A DNA stretch of 64,000 nt from an uncultured bacterium (GTDB taxonomy: Bacteria > Acidobacteriota > Thermoanaerobaculia > Multivoradales > JAHZIX01): the NCBI GenBank assembly GCA_965368975.1, contig CBDUPA010000004.1:160001-224000 (forward strand), written 5' to 3'. The notes under the pieces are model-generated. The model did not search any database. It saw only the letters and a list, made by a program, of their open reading frames with translations, and was not told the origin of the DNA. Position numbers and translations under genes: made by a program. Each line of letters begins with the position of its first letter. Position 1 is the stretch's first letter. Positions 8,761-18,524 of the stretch are shown one piece after another.

Positions 8761-10134
8761 GTGCGGTCGGTGGACTCGAAGCGCTGGCATGGGGGCTTGG
8801 TTGCCCGTGGCGGCGCAGGTTCAATCTTGGGACTCTCGCTGTTGTCGCTCTTGCTGGCAGTCGTCGCGTGCGGTGTCCCGACGAGCGGCGATCCACCCGA
8901 CGACTGGCGCGGCTTTCGCGGACCACATGGCCTGGGGCAGTCGAGCGCGCAGAACCTGCCGGTCGAGTGGAGTGTGCCCGGTCCCGGCCTGCGCTGGTCT
9001 GCGCCGGTGCCCGGAGTCGGCAACTCGCAGCCGGTGGTGGCCGACGGCAGGGTCTATCTGACCACCGCCGAGCGCGAAGCCGAAGGCGCCGACCCCTGGC
9101 GTGTCGTGCTCGCCTATGATGCCGTCAGCGGTGAGCAGCTGTGGCGTCGCGAGCTGTTTCAGGCGCCGGCCGAGAAGCGCTCGCCGCACAATACGCTGGC
9201 CGGCCCGTCGCCGGTGACTGACGGTGAGACCGTGTGGGTCTATTTCGGTTCGCACTTGGCTGCCCTCGACCGCGATGGCAACGTGCGCTGGCAACGGGAG
9301 ATCGATCCGAGTTATGCCGAGTTCTCACGCTACGGTGCTGCCAGCTCGCCGGTGCTGACCTCGACCGATGTCATCGTGTTCCAGGATCGTGAGTACGCGC
9401 GCAACGAGGACATCGGCTTCCTGGCCGCCTTCGACCGCGTCACCGGAGACGAGCGTTGGCGCACCGAGTGGCAGAATACCTGCTGTGCCTACTCGACGCC
9501 GCTGGTGGTCGATACGGGAGGCGTCGACAGGGGAGTTGGTGAAGAGTTGTGGGTATCGCACAGTGGCAGCCTGACTAGCTATTCAGCCGCCACTGGGGAG
9601 GTGCTCTGGCAGCACGAAGTGCCGATCAATCAGGTCGTGGCCGGTGCTGTGTACGAACCTGTAGAGGAAGCCGGCGAGGACAGCTGGCTCGTCGTGCTGG
9701 CGAGCGGAGCTGACCACGTGCGCGCCAGCGTTGGCCTGCGGCTGCGTGGCCACGGGGCCGAGACCACGATCGAGCAGCTGTGGTTGGACAAGGCGATGGC
9801 GCCGCAGTCGTCGTCGCCGATCCTGCGCGATGGCCTGCTGTACGTGCTGACCCTCCAGGGGGTGGTAGTGTGCCGCGATGCAGGCAGCGGCGAAATCCTC
9901 TGGCGCGGGCGCCTCAGCCGGGGTCGCAACCTGGCGGCGCTGGTGCTGGGCGATGGCAAGCTGTACGCGACGTCGGCGTCCGGGATGGTGTCTGTAGTGG
10001 CGTTGGGGCGTGAGTTCCAGCTGCTGGCCGAGAACGAACTCGACGAGCCGGGGTCCACGGCGTCTCCGGCGCTCGGCGCCGGCTGCTTCCTGCAGCGCGG
10101 TGAAACACGACTGTACTGTTTCCACAGCCCCTGA
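8761..10134 (+). CDS. PQQ-binding-like beta-propeller lipoprotein, paralog 2
   Basis: VVACG lipobox, DWRGFRGPHG, same blade motifs; shares FSRYGAASSPVLT and NTCCxYSTP with paralog 1; start approximate (GTG 8761 or 8770). Confidence 0.8.
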   Translation: MRSVDSKRWHGGLVARGGAGSILGLSLLSLLLAVVACGVPTSGDPPDDWRGFRGPHGLGQSSAQNLPVEWSVPGPGLRWSAPVPGVGNSQPVVADGRVYLTTAEREAEGADPWRVVLAYDAVSGEQLWRRELFQAPAEKRSPHNTLAGPSPVTDGETVWVYFGSHLAALDRDGNVRWQREIDPSYAEFSRYGAASSPVLTSTDVIVFQDREYARNEDIGFLAAFDRVTGDERWRTEWQNTCCAYSTPLVVDTGGVDRGVGEELWVSHSGSLTSYSAATGEVLWQHEVPINQVVAGAVYEPVEEAGEDSWLVVLASGADHVRASVGLRLRGHGAETTIEQLWLDKAMAPQSSSPILRDGLLYVLTLQGVVVCRDAGSGEILWRGRLSRGRNLAALVLGDGKLYATSASGMVSVVALGREFQLLAENELDEPGSTASPALGAGCFLQRGETRLYCFHSP

Positions 10135-10188
10135 AGGTCTCACCAGCAAGACGAGGCTAGGCAGGGCTAGGCCCAAGAGGAACCAACA

Positions 10189-13100
10189 ATGCCGAATACG
10201 GACGCGATCTTGGAAACCGTGGGTGCGCTGCTGCAGAACAAGCATCTCAACCTGCTGCTCGACACGCGTGACTTGCTGCAGCCGGTGGGCTCGCAGGGCG
10301 TGCAGCCGCGCCACGAAGAGGTACGCAGTTCGGCGACTACCGTCGAGGTCTACGGTCAGCCTCTGCGTCTCGATGCCGCCGCCGATGGCGATGTCCAGAT
10401 CTATGCTGCCGACGCCGAGGTCGAGGACCTGTTCGTCGGTGGCGAGACCTTCAAGGCGCCGGAGGGGACGTCGCTGGCGGCCCTGGGGATCTATGGCACG
10501 CTGGAACTGGGCTCCGAGATCCCGCCACTGTCGCAGGGAGCACTGACGCTGACCTTCACCGGCAGCAGCGACTCCAAGTTCGGCTATCAGCACTTGCTGC
10601 CGGTGTGGCAGAGCGAAGGTCGCGTCAAGGCTTTCACGGACCTGGCCTTGACCAGCCGCTTGCCGAGCCGAGTTCAGCTCGAGCAGTTGCGTCCCGGCGA
10701 AGTGCACCGCCTGGACGCCAGGGTCAACCTGTCGCTCGGGGTGCAGGCGCGATGGGGCAAGGAATTTGACCTCCACGAAGTGGTCGACTTGTGGCGCGGG
10801 CTGTCGGCTGGTGTGCGTGCGCACGCCGCCGCGGACCTGCAAGCCAGCCTCGGCTGGTCGCTGTACGAAGAGATGCAGCTGACCGTCGGCCGTGCCAACC
10901 TACTCAACCCTGGGTGGGTTCGCTTGCGTTTACAGCGCAGCCGCCGTCGTCACCTGACTCTCGGGACGGTGGTCGCCTTGCAAGCCAGCTACGACGGCAG
11001 CGACCTCGCCACCGTCCTGCAGCAGACGCTCGACCAGTCGCCGCTGCCGCGCCTGATCGAAGCCTTTCGGCCGATCGCGGCTGGCGACTGGGAGACCGTC
11101 AAGGCGAAGCTCACCGACCGCGTCACCGCGACGCTCGACGAGTACCTGGATACCACCGGCTGGCAGCAGTGGCTCGAGGGTCGCCCCGAGGTCCAAGAAC
11201 TGGTCGACACCGCGCACACGATGGTCGAGGCCTACGATGGCCTCGATGGCCGCATCCAGAGCTGGTGGGACCGTGTCCTCGGCCAGGTCGACCTGAGTGA
11301 GGGCGGCAAGGCTCGCGAGGTGCTGCAGGTCGTCGCCGGCATCGGCGGTGGCTCGCTGAATGACCTGATCGAGAACAAGGACGTACGCGAGGCACTGGAC
11401 TGGATCGAAGCCCTGACCGGCAAGAGCCTGGAGGATCTGGTTCTGGGTTCCAACGACGACCTGGAGCAAGCTCTGCAGCGTGCGGCCGAACTGGCGCAGC
11501 AGACGCTCGACTTTCTCGACAACCTGCCGGACAAGGTGCGTGCGCGGGTCGATACCTACGCCGGCAAGCTCGGCGTCCGCACCACGCTCGACTGGCTGAG
11601 CCAGCACGCGACTTCCAAGGCTGACTTGATCGCCTTCGTCGACGCGGCGGCCGAGAAGCGCCTACGGCAGTTGGTCGAACGCTTGCTCGACAAGGCTTGG
11701 GGGCGCATTTCCGAAGACGACTTGGCGGCTGTGCGTGCCTGGGCTCAGCGTCTGGTGGCCAACTACGACCGTCTCGAGGCGCGCTTTCGTAGCGCACTCG
11801 AGAAGTTCAAGGGAGAGCTCGGTTTCTCGCTCAGCATCACGATCGATCGCCTGAGCCAGCGCGAGGCGCTGCTGGATCTCGAGGTCGACCCGACGGATCC
11901 ACAGCTCAATACCGACATCACGAGCGCACTGCGGCAAGGCAATGTGCGCGGCTTGCTCGAAGCCCTACCACCGTTGACACAGCTACCTTCGACACAGCCG
12001 CTGGATGAGCCCGTGAACCAGCCGTCGGGCGCAGGGGGGCGGCGGGCGCGCTACCTGGTGCGCGAGGCCGTGTTGTCCGAGAAGCGCGTGCGCACCGCGA
12101 CGCTCTCCGTTCTCTTCCGCTTCCTGGGCTTGCAGAGCCTGATGCGCAACCAGAGTCAGTGGACCGAGGAAGCGCAGCTCGAGGTGCGTGGGCAGTCGGG
12201 TCGCTTCCAGCGCAAAGGGACCTATGCCGGCGGGTTTCGTCGTGCCAATAGCAACGTCCAGGAAACGGAAGCGGCGGTCTGGTTCGAGACCGCGGCGGCC
12301 GACTCCGCGGACCAGCCGCTGGCGCCCTTCGCTGCTGCCGCCCTCGACAACCACTTGCGCTTGACCTACGGCTTCCAGGATGCCGAGACCACCCTCGACG
12401 AGCGCGTGGCCTTGGATCACCTGCTGGCCAAGCTCGGTTTCTTGAAGTCACCCGGCAGTGTCGACAACCTCCGTCGCCGTCTCGGTGATGTACCGATCCT
12501 GGATCTGCGACTGGCAGTCGAGATCCGCATCGGCGGTGAAGGTGTCACGGCCCTGCTGCAAGACCTCCAGGGGCCAGCGGGAGATACCGCTGAAGCCAGC
12601 TGGAACGAGGATTACCTGCGCGCCGCCCAGCATTGGTTCCAGAGTCCGGTTCTGGCGGTCAATCGGTTTGACAGCGTCAAGCACCGGCCGCTCGGGGAGA
12701 TCCTCCTCGACCTGACCCGCCACAGTGACTTCGAAGGCAAGTGGCGACAGGGGCCCCAGCCACTGACCGAGGACTGGTTGCCCGGTGGCAAGAAGGTCGA
12801 GGTCGGTGGGCAGACCTACCTGGTCAAGCCGTTCAACCGAGACTTCGCCGGCAGCCCCGCGCTGCTGCAGCACTGGCGCCCCGAGTACAACAGCCTCTAC
12901 TTCTTGGCGGCCAACCGCGGTCCGGGGCTACGAGGATTTCGGACGCTGGCGCAGGCTGTGCGCAGCAGCGCCGAGCAGGGTACGCAGGCGGCCCTCGTCG
13001 CCCAGAGCCAAGCTGTCGCCGAAGGGCTCAAGGATGCCCACCCAGGCTACGCTGGTCTCAACCTGAGCTGGAACTGTCCCCTCTTCCTCACCTGGCTGGT

Positions 13101-13242
13101 GCTCACGCGGCTGTCCCGCGTGCGCCGCCAGAGCCTGAAAGAGGCCCGTGGCGTCGCGACCCTGCGCTGGCGCGCCCCGGGTTCGGAGGCCTGGCAGGAA
13201 CCCCTGCACTGGAAGCTGGACGCCGGAATACCTGTCCTGTGA
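10189..13242 (+). CDS. Large hypothetical protein (1017 aa)
   Basis: Long ORF with host-like codon usage and AGAGG SD; no recognisable motif, signal peptide or TM segment. Confidence 0.85.
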   Translation: MPNTDAILETVGALLQNKHLNLLLDTRDLLQPVGSQGVQPRHEEVRSSATTVEVYGQPLRLDAAADGDVQIYAADAEVEDLFVGGETFKAPEGTSLAALGIYGTLELGSEIPPLSQGALTLTFTGSSDSKFGYQHLLPVWQSEGRVKAFTDLALTSRLPSRVQLEQLRPGEVHRLDARVNLSLGVQARWGKEFDLHEVVDLWRGLSAGVRAHAAADLQASLGWSLYEEMQLTVGRANLLNPGWVRLRLQRSRRRHLTLGTVVALQASYDGSDLATVLQQTLDQSPLPRLIEAFRPIAAGDWETVKAKLTDRVTATLDEYLDTTGWQQWLEGRPEVQELVDTAHTMVEAYDGLDGRIQSWWDRVLGQVDLSEGGKAREVLQVVAGIGGGSLNDLIENKDVREALDWIEALTGKSLEDLVLGSNDDLEQALQRAAELAQQTLDFLDNLPDKVRARVDTYAGKLGVRTTLDWLSQHATSKADLIAFVDAAAEKRLRQLVERLLDKAWGRISEDDLAAVRAWAQRLVANYDRLEARFRSALEKFKGELGFSLSITIDRLSQREALLDLEVDPTDPQLNTDITSALRQGNVRGLLEALPPLTQLPSTQPLDEPVNQPSGAGGRRARYLVREAVLSEKRVRTATLSVLFRFLGLQSLMRNQSQWTEEAQLEVRGQSGRFQRKGTYAGGFRRANSNVQETEAAVWFETAAADSADQPLAPFAAAALDNHLRLTYGFQDAETTLDERVALDHLLAKLGFLKSPGSVDNLRRRLGDVPILDLRLAVEIRIGGEGVTALLQDLQGPAGDTAEASWNEDYLRAAQHWFQSPVLAVNRFDSVKHRPLGEILLDLTRHSDFEGKWRQGPQPLTEDWLPGGKKVEVGGQTYLVKPFNRDFAGSPALLQHWRPEYNSLYFLAANRGPGLRGFRTLAQAVRSSAEQGTQAALVAQSQAVAEGLKDAHPGYAGLNLSWNCPLFLTWLVLTRLSRVRRQSLKEARGVATLRWRAPGSEAWQEPLHWKLDAGIPVL

Positions 13243-13325
13243 TCGCTGCCGCGCGACGTCCACCTCGACGGCCACCGACGCGGGGTGCGGATAGATGGTC
13301 GGGCCGGTGCAACCGTACAAGAGCA

Positions 13326-14603
13326 ATGATGCGATTCCCTGTGCCTGCGGCCGCGTCTACTGGCCTTCTTCCCGCCCTTGTCCTCTTCGGCCTGTTCGCT
13401 GCCGGCTCCGGTGGGTGTGGCGGTGGTCCCGACGGTGCTCGCGGCGGGGCAGCCTCGGGACCGGAGACGTTGCGCGTCACGCGGGGTTCGCTGATCGAGA
13501 CGATCCTGCTCACTGGCGAGATCGAGGCCGCACGCGCTGAGCCGTTGATCGCCCCGGACGTCGGGATCTGGCCGCTGGAGGTGCGCTGGTTGGCCGAGCA
13601 CGGAAGCCGCGTGCGCGCGGGCGAACAGATCGCCGAGTTCGGCAACGGTAGCTTGACGACGCAGCTCGACAGCGTCCGAGCGCGCATTGAACGGCGCGAG
13701 CAGGAGTTGCGTGGCGAAGAGAGCCAGCGCGCCATCGACCTGGCCGAGGCCGTGTTCACGGTGGAGCAACGCCTGGCCGATCTGCGCAAGGCAGAGCTGG
13801 AAGCCGACGTCCCACCAGACCTGATCGCTGCCCGGGAACTGCAAGAGAAGGAACTGGCGCGCGAGCGAGCCCGGGTCGAGTTGGACAAGGCTCGTGCCCA
13901 TCTGCGCTCGAAACAAGAGGTCAACGCGGCCAATGATCGCGCCAGTGCGTTCGAGTCGCAGGATCAGGATTACGAGCTGCAGCGTATTCTGCGCAGCCTC
14001 GAACGCTTGGAGCTGAAGGCTCCGCGCGACGGCCTGGTCGAGGTAGCGCGCAGTCCGCGTGAGGAACGTCTGTTCCAGGCCGGCGACACGGTGCAGCCGG
14101 GCTGGACGGTGGCGCGAGTGCCGGATCTCGACTCGCTGCGCGTGCGCGCTCGCCTGTTCGATGTCGACGATGGTCGGCTGCATGCGGGCCTGCCGGCGAC
14201 GGTGACCTTGGACGCCTTCCCGCAGCTACGTTTCCGCGGCCGGGTGACGGATATCGACGCGATCGCTCGCCAGATCGGTCGCGAGTCACTGCGCCGTGTG
14301 TTCGAAGTGGTGGTCGAGCTGGACGAGCGCGACATCGAGCGCATGCGACCCGGAATGTCGGTCAAGGTTGAGATCGAGCGCGACCACGGTGAGGTGCTGC
14401 AGGTGCCACGCCGAGCGCTGCAGGTCGCGGGCGATGGGATCGCGAAGGTCACCCTCGGCGACGGGCGGCGCGTCGAGGTGCAGGTCGGTCCCTGTGCGGT
14501 GTTCACTTGTGCCGTCCTCGGCGGCGAGGCGACGGAAGGCACCGGCAGCGGCAGTCCTTTGACCACGGGCGTCGAACTGATGCCCGCACGGGGGGCGTCT
14601 TGA
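13326..14603 (+). CDS. HlyD/MacA-family membrane fusion protein 1
   Basis: Hydrophobic N-terminus with GGCGG, G-S-R-V-R-A-G-E lipoyl-like half, coiled coil, APRDG, RMRPGMSVKVEI; ATG 13326 or 13329. Confidence 0.85.
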   Translation: MMRFPVPAAASTGLLPALVLFGLFAAGSGGCGGGPDGARGGAASGPETLRVTRGSLIETILLTGEIEAARAEPLIAPDVGIWPLEVRWLAEHGSRVRAGEQIAEFGNGSLTTQLDSVRARIERREQELRGEESQRAIDLAEAVFTVEQRLADLRKAELEADVPPDLIAARELQEKELARERARVELDKARAHLRSKQEVNAANDRASAFESQDQDYELQRILRSLERLELKAPRDGLVEVARSPREERLFQAGDTVQPGWTVARVPDLDSLRVRARLFDVDDGRLHAGLPATVTLDAFPQLRFRGRVTDIDAIARQIGRESLRRVFEVVVELDERDIERMRPGMSVKVEIERDHGEVLQVPRRALQVAGDGIAKVTLGDGRRVEVQVGPCAVFTCAVLGGEATEGTGSGSPLTTGVELMPARGAS

Positions 14604-15919
14604 GGCCGCGCGGTCGCCGCGCCGTTTTCTGGGGCGGTGCTCTGGTCGTGGTGCTTCTGCTGGCGCTCGGCTGGTCAGGCATCTCCGCCGGCGGTCCCTT
14701 CGGCGGTTGGTGGAGGGGTGTCGGCGAGGGGGGTGCTGGTGGTGACGGACAGTGGGTCGAGGTGCAGCGCCGCGACCTGGTGACCAAGGTGGAGATCAGC
14801 GGTGACCTGCAGGCGGTCGAGTCCAGCCAGCTGGGACCACCGCAGCTGGCCGAGCAGTGGAATTTCTCCATCGCCTTTCTGGCGCCCGAGGGCGACGACG
14901 TGGCGCGCGGGGAGCCGGTCGTCGGCTTCGACACCTCGGAGTTGCAGCAGGATCTGATCGCCGAGGTGAATGCTCGCGATTCTGCCGCTCAGGAGCTGGA
15001 AAAGCTGCGCCAAGAGTTCGAGTTACAGAAAGAGGAAGAAGCGTTGAGTCTGGCGGAGGCCGAAGCCAAGCTGCGCCGTCTGCAACTGCAGATCGAGGTA
15101 CCACAGGAGCTGGCCGTGGCGCGCGAGCTGGAAGCGCTACGCCTGCAGCACCAGCTGGCTCGAGACGAGGTGCAGTACCGGCGGGACCGGGTGCGCGACC
15201 GGGCGCTACAGTCGCAGGCGAACCTGGCTGCACAGGAGGCGACGTGGCGCCAAGCGAAGACGCGGGTCGAAGAGATCCAGGCGCAGATCGAGGCGATGAC
15301 GGTGCGGGCTCCGAGAGCCGGGACGGTCGTCTACATCGCCAACTGGCGCGGTGAGAAACCGAAGGTAAGTGACAATGTGTGGCGTTATCAGAAGGTGGTC
15401 GAGATCCCCGACCTGCGCCGCTTGCAGGCGCGCGGCATGGTGGATGAAGATCAGGCCGGACGGCTGGCGGTCGGCCAGACAGCGACGCTGTTTCTCGACG
15501 CTCGGCCGGATGAACCTTTGACGGCAGCCGTGCAACAGATTGATCGCAACGTGCGCCGCCGTGCCTGGCACACGCCGCTCAAGGCGGTACGCCTGACGCT
15601 GGCGTTGGAGCGCACCGATCCGGAGCGCATGCGGCCGGGGATGCGCTTGCGCGGGCAGGTCGAGGTGGCGCGCGTCGAGGAGGCGCTGGTGGTGCCGTTG
15701 GCAGCGGTCGAGGTCACCGGTTCGAGTCCCAGTCCACGCGTACGCCTGCGCAGTGGCTTCGGTTCGCGTTGGCAGGATCTCCAACTCGGCCCACGCGATG
15801 CGCGCTGGGTCGAAGTGGTCCAGGGCCTGGAACTCGGTGATCGTGTCTGGCTGCCGCGAGCAGGTACAGAGGCCAGCGAAGGCAGTGCCGGGCCACAGTT
15901 ACCGGGAGGCACGGGATGA
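14600..15919 (+). CDS. HlyD/MacA-family membrane fusion protein 2
   Basis: TTG overlaps the upstream TGA; TM anchor, APEGDDVARGEPV, RAPRAG, RMRPGMR, GLELGDRV. Confidence 0.85.
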   Translation: MRPRGRRAVFWGGALVVVLLLALGWSGISAGGPFGGWWRGVGEGGAGGDGQWVEVQRRDLVTKVEISGDLQAVESSQLGPPQLAEQWNFSIAFLAPEGDDVARGEPVVGFDTSELQQDLIAEVNARDSAAQELEKLRQEFELQKEEEALSLAEAEAKLRRLQLQIEVPQELAVARELEALRLQHQLARDEVQYRRDRVRDRALQSQANLAAQEATWRQAKTRVEEIQAQIEAMTVRAPRAGTVVYIANWRGEKPKVSDNVWRYQKVVEIPDLRRLQARGMVDEDQAGRLAVGQTATLFLDARPDEPLTAAVQQIDRNVRRRAWHTPLKAVRLTLALERTDPERMRPGMRLRGQVEVARVEEALVVPLAAVEVTGSSPSPRVRLRSGFGSRWQDLQLGPRDARWVEVVQGLELGDRVWLPRAGTEASEGSAGPQLPGGTG

Positions 15920-17163
15920 AGTTGCCGTTGGTGCTGATGCTGGTGGCGATGCTCTGCGGTCTGCAGGCCTGCAGCGAGCCGGCTGTACAGCCGACCTACC
16001 GCGTCGAGTTACAGCCGTTCGTGCACCAGGTGAGTGCCGAGGGCAACCTGGTCGCGGTCCGTTCGACACCGATCGTCGTGCCGCCGCAGCTGCGTGATGG
16101 TCTGCGTCTGGCCTGGCGTGCCCCGGAAGGCAAGTTGGTGCAGGCCGGCGAAGTCGTGGCCCGCTTTGACGCCTACGACCTGGAGCAGCAGCTGCGGACC
16201 AGTCAGCTGACGGTCGACACGATGGGTGAGTCGTTGGCCGTGACGCGCAGTGAAAGTTCCACCGCGTTGCTGGCACTGGAGAAGGATTCTCAGCTGGCAG
16301 ATTTGCGGCTGGACATGTCCGAGCGTTTTCAGAAACAGGACGAGCAACTGTACTCGAGGGTCGAGATTCTGGAATCGGAGATCGACCAGGATCTGGCGCG
16401 CGAGGTCCGCGACCGAACCCAGGAGCAGTACCGTATCCGTGACGGCCTGACCGACGCCGAGCTGGAGCTTCTGCGCCTGGGACGGCAGGGTGCCGAGCAG
16501 CTGGTCGCACAGGCTCAGAGTCACCTGCAGTCGCTGGAAGTGCGAGCACCTCAGGCTGGCCTGCTGACCTGGCGGCGCGACTGGCGCGGTGAACTGCCCG
16601 AGGTGGGCGAGCGATTCTGGCCGGGCCGACCGCTGGCGGAGATTCCTGATCTGCAAGAGATGCAGGCCGAAGTCTACGTGCTCGAGGCTGACGCCGGTGG
16701 TCTGGCCGAAGCGCATACCGCGGACCTGGTGGTCGAATCGCGGCCGGACAAGGTGTTTTCCGCGCGTGTCGAGAAGGTCTCGGCGGTCGCACAGTCGCGC
16801 TTCCGCGGCTCGCCACTCCAGTACTTCAGTGTCACCCTGCGCTTGCAAGAGCTACCCGAAGGCGAGGCCGCGACGTTCTTCAAGCCGGGTCAGCGAGTCC
16901 TGGCGCGCTTGCACCTGGCCCGCGAAGAGCAGGCGCTGGTCGTGCCGCGCCAGGCGCTGGTGCGCGAGGAGGGAGAGATCCGCGTTTACGTGCGTGGTGA
17001 CGACGGTTTCGAGCCGCGGCGGGTGGAATTGGGGGTGCGTTCGTCCGGCCTGGTGACCGTCACCGCGGGTCTCGAAGTTGGCGACGAGATCGCGCTGGGG
17101 GTGCCGGTAGCTGGTGCTCGTGACGCGGTGGTACCGGCTGGGACACTGGAGGAGCAGGGTTGA
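15916..17163 (+). CDS. HlyD/MacA-family membrane fusion protein 3 (lipoprotein)
   Basis: ATGA overlap; LQAC lipobox; APEGKLVQAGEVV, RAPQAG, FKPGQRV, GLEVGDEI. Confidence 0.85.
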   Translation: MKLPLVLMLVAMLCGLQACSEPAVQPTYRVELQPFVHQVSAEGNLVAVRSTPIVVPPQLRDGLRLAWRAPEGKLVQAGEVVARFDAYDLEQQLRTSQLTVDTMGESLAVTRSESSTALLALEKDSQLADLRLDMSERFQKQDEQLYSRVEILESEIDQDLAREVRDRTQEQYRIRDGLTDAELELLRLGRQGAEQLVAQAQSHLQSLEVRAPQAGLLTWRRDWRGELPEVGERFWPGRPLAEIPDLQEMQAEVYVLEADAGGLAEAHTADLVVESRPDKVFSARVEKVSAVAQSRFRGSPLQYFSVTLRLQELPEGEAATFFKPGQRVLARLHLAREEQALVVPRQALVREEGEIRVYVRGDDGFEPRRVELGVRSSGLVTVTAGLEVGDEIALGVPVAGARDAVVPAGTLEEQG

Positions 17164-18452
17164 CGCTGCGCGAGGCATTGCTGGCGTCGCTCGAGAATCT
17201 AGCGGCGCACAAGCTGCGCTCGGTGCTGGCCATGCTCGGCGTGGTGTTCGGTGTCGGTGCGGTGATCGCCATGCTGGCGATCGGCGCCGGAGCCGAGAGC
17301 CAGGCGTTGGAAATGCTCGACCGACTCGGTCTGCGCAACGTGCTGGTACGTGCCAAGCCGCTGCAGGAAGACGAGCGTCAGGAGCTGCGCCGCAAATCGC
17401 AGGGGCTGTCGCTGCGCGACGTCGAGGCGATCCGCGACGCCGTACCGGGTGCCACGCTGGTGCTACCCAAGACGCGCATCGAGACCTACAAGATCTTGGC
17501 CCCCAGCGTCTCGACGAGCGGTGGTGCCGGCCCGGAGCTGGCGACGGTGGTCGATGTCGAAGCCGAGGTCTACGGGGTCGAGGCCGAGCATCCGAGCCTG
17601 ACCGGCTTGACGCTGCAGGAAGGCCGTTTTCTCGACCCGCTGGACGTGCGCCGGCACGCCCAGGTCGCGGTGATCGGTGCTGGCGTGCGCCGTCACCTCT
17701 TTGGCTTCGACCCGGCACTCGGCCGCAGGCTGAAGGTCAACGATGTGTGGTTGACGGTCGTTGGCGTCCTGGCTGGTGGTCAGGGCGGAGGGCAGGAGAC
17801 GGACTCGTTCCAGGGTGTCCAGTTGGCCGGCACCCGGGATGTCATCTACCTGCCGATCAGCACCAGCCTGCGCAAATTCGATCAGTCCCCGCTGGAAGCG
17901 CCACTGAGCGAGATCCTGGTGCGCTTGGATGAGGCGGACACCGTCTCCGGGCGGCAGGCAGCGGCGATGATCGACTCCCTGCTCGACCACTTGCATGCCG
18001 GAGTCGACGACTATGAGCTGGTGGTGCCGGAAGCGCTGCTCGAGCAGAGCCGGCGCACGCAACGTCTGTTCAACTTAGTGATGGGCTGTATCGCCGGCAT
18101 CTCGTTGCTGGTGGGTGGGATAGGCATCATGAACATCATGCTGGCGACGGTCCTGGAGCGCACACGCGAGATCGGTGTGCGTCGCGCGGTGGGCGCGCGC
18201 CGGCGCGACATCCTGTTCCAATTCGTGGTCGAGAGCTTCACCGTCAGCAGTCTGGGCGGTGTCGCTGGCATCTTGATGGGGATCGGCATCGCGCGCGCGA
18301 TCGCCGCCTCGGCTGGCTGGCCGACGGTGGTGACGCCGCTGTCCGTGGTGCTAGCGACCGGTGTCGCGGTGGCTGTTGGCCTGGCGTCCGGTCTGTACCC
18401 GGCGGTGCGTGCCGCTCGCCTCGACCCGATCACCTCACTCCGCTATGAGTGA
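17160..18452 (+). CDS. MacB-like ABC transporter permease
   Basis: HKLRSVLAMLGVVFGVGAVIAM, GRFL, ISLLVGGIGIMNIML..VLERTREIGVRRAVGA, YPAVRAARLDPITSLRYE. Confidence 0.93.
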   Translation: MTLREALLASLENLAAHKLRSVLAMLGVVFGVGAVIAMLAIGAGAESQALEMLDRLGLRNVLVRAKPLQEDERQELRRKSQGLSLRDVEAIRDAVPGATLVLPKTRIETYKILAPSVSTSGGAGPELATVVDVEAEVYGVEAEHPSLTGLTLQEGRFLDPLDVRRHAQVAVIGAGVRRHLFGFDPALGRRLKVNDVWLTVVGVLAGGQGGGQETDSFQGVQLAGTRDVIYLPISTSLRKFDQSPLEAPLSEILVRLDEADTVSGRQAAAMIDSLLDHLHAGVDDYELVVPEALLEQSRRTQRLFNLVMGCIAGISLLVGGIGIMNIMLATVLERTREIGVRRAVGARRRDILFQFVVESFTVSSLGGVAGILMGIGIARAIAASAGWPTVVTPLSVVLATGVAVAVGLASGLYPAVRAARLDPITSLRYE

Positions 18453-18524
18453 AGACCCACGAAAGCTGCTCTCCAGATGACGGACCCCCATGATCGAGCT
18501 ACCCCGATAGTTGAGCTGTCTCCC

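Noticed and set aside
12741-13325. N-terminal extensions given by the ORF track (also for polX, icd, sucC, PP2C, mutM, pgi)
   Set aside because: They overlap neighbouring genes or promoters; SD or -10 positions and family N-termini support the shorter starts
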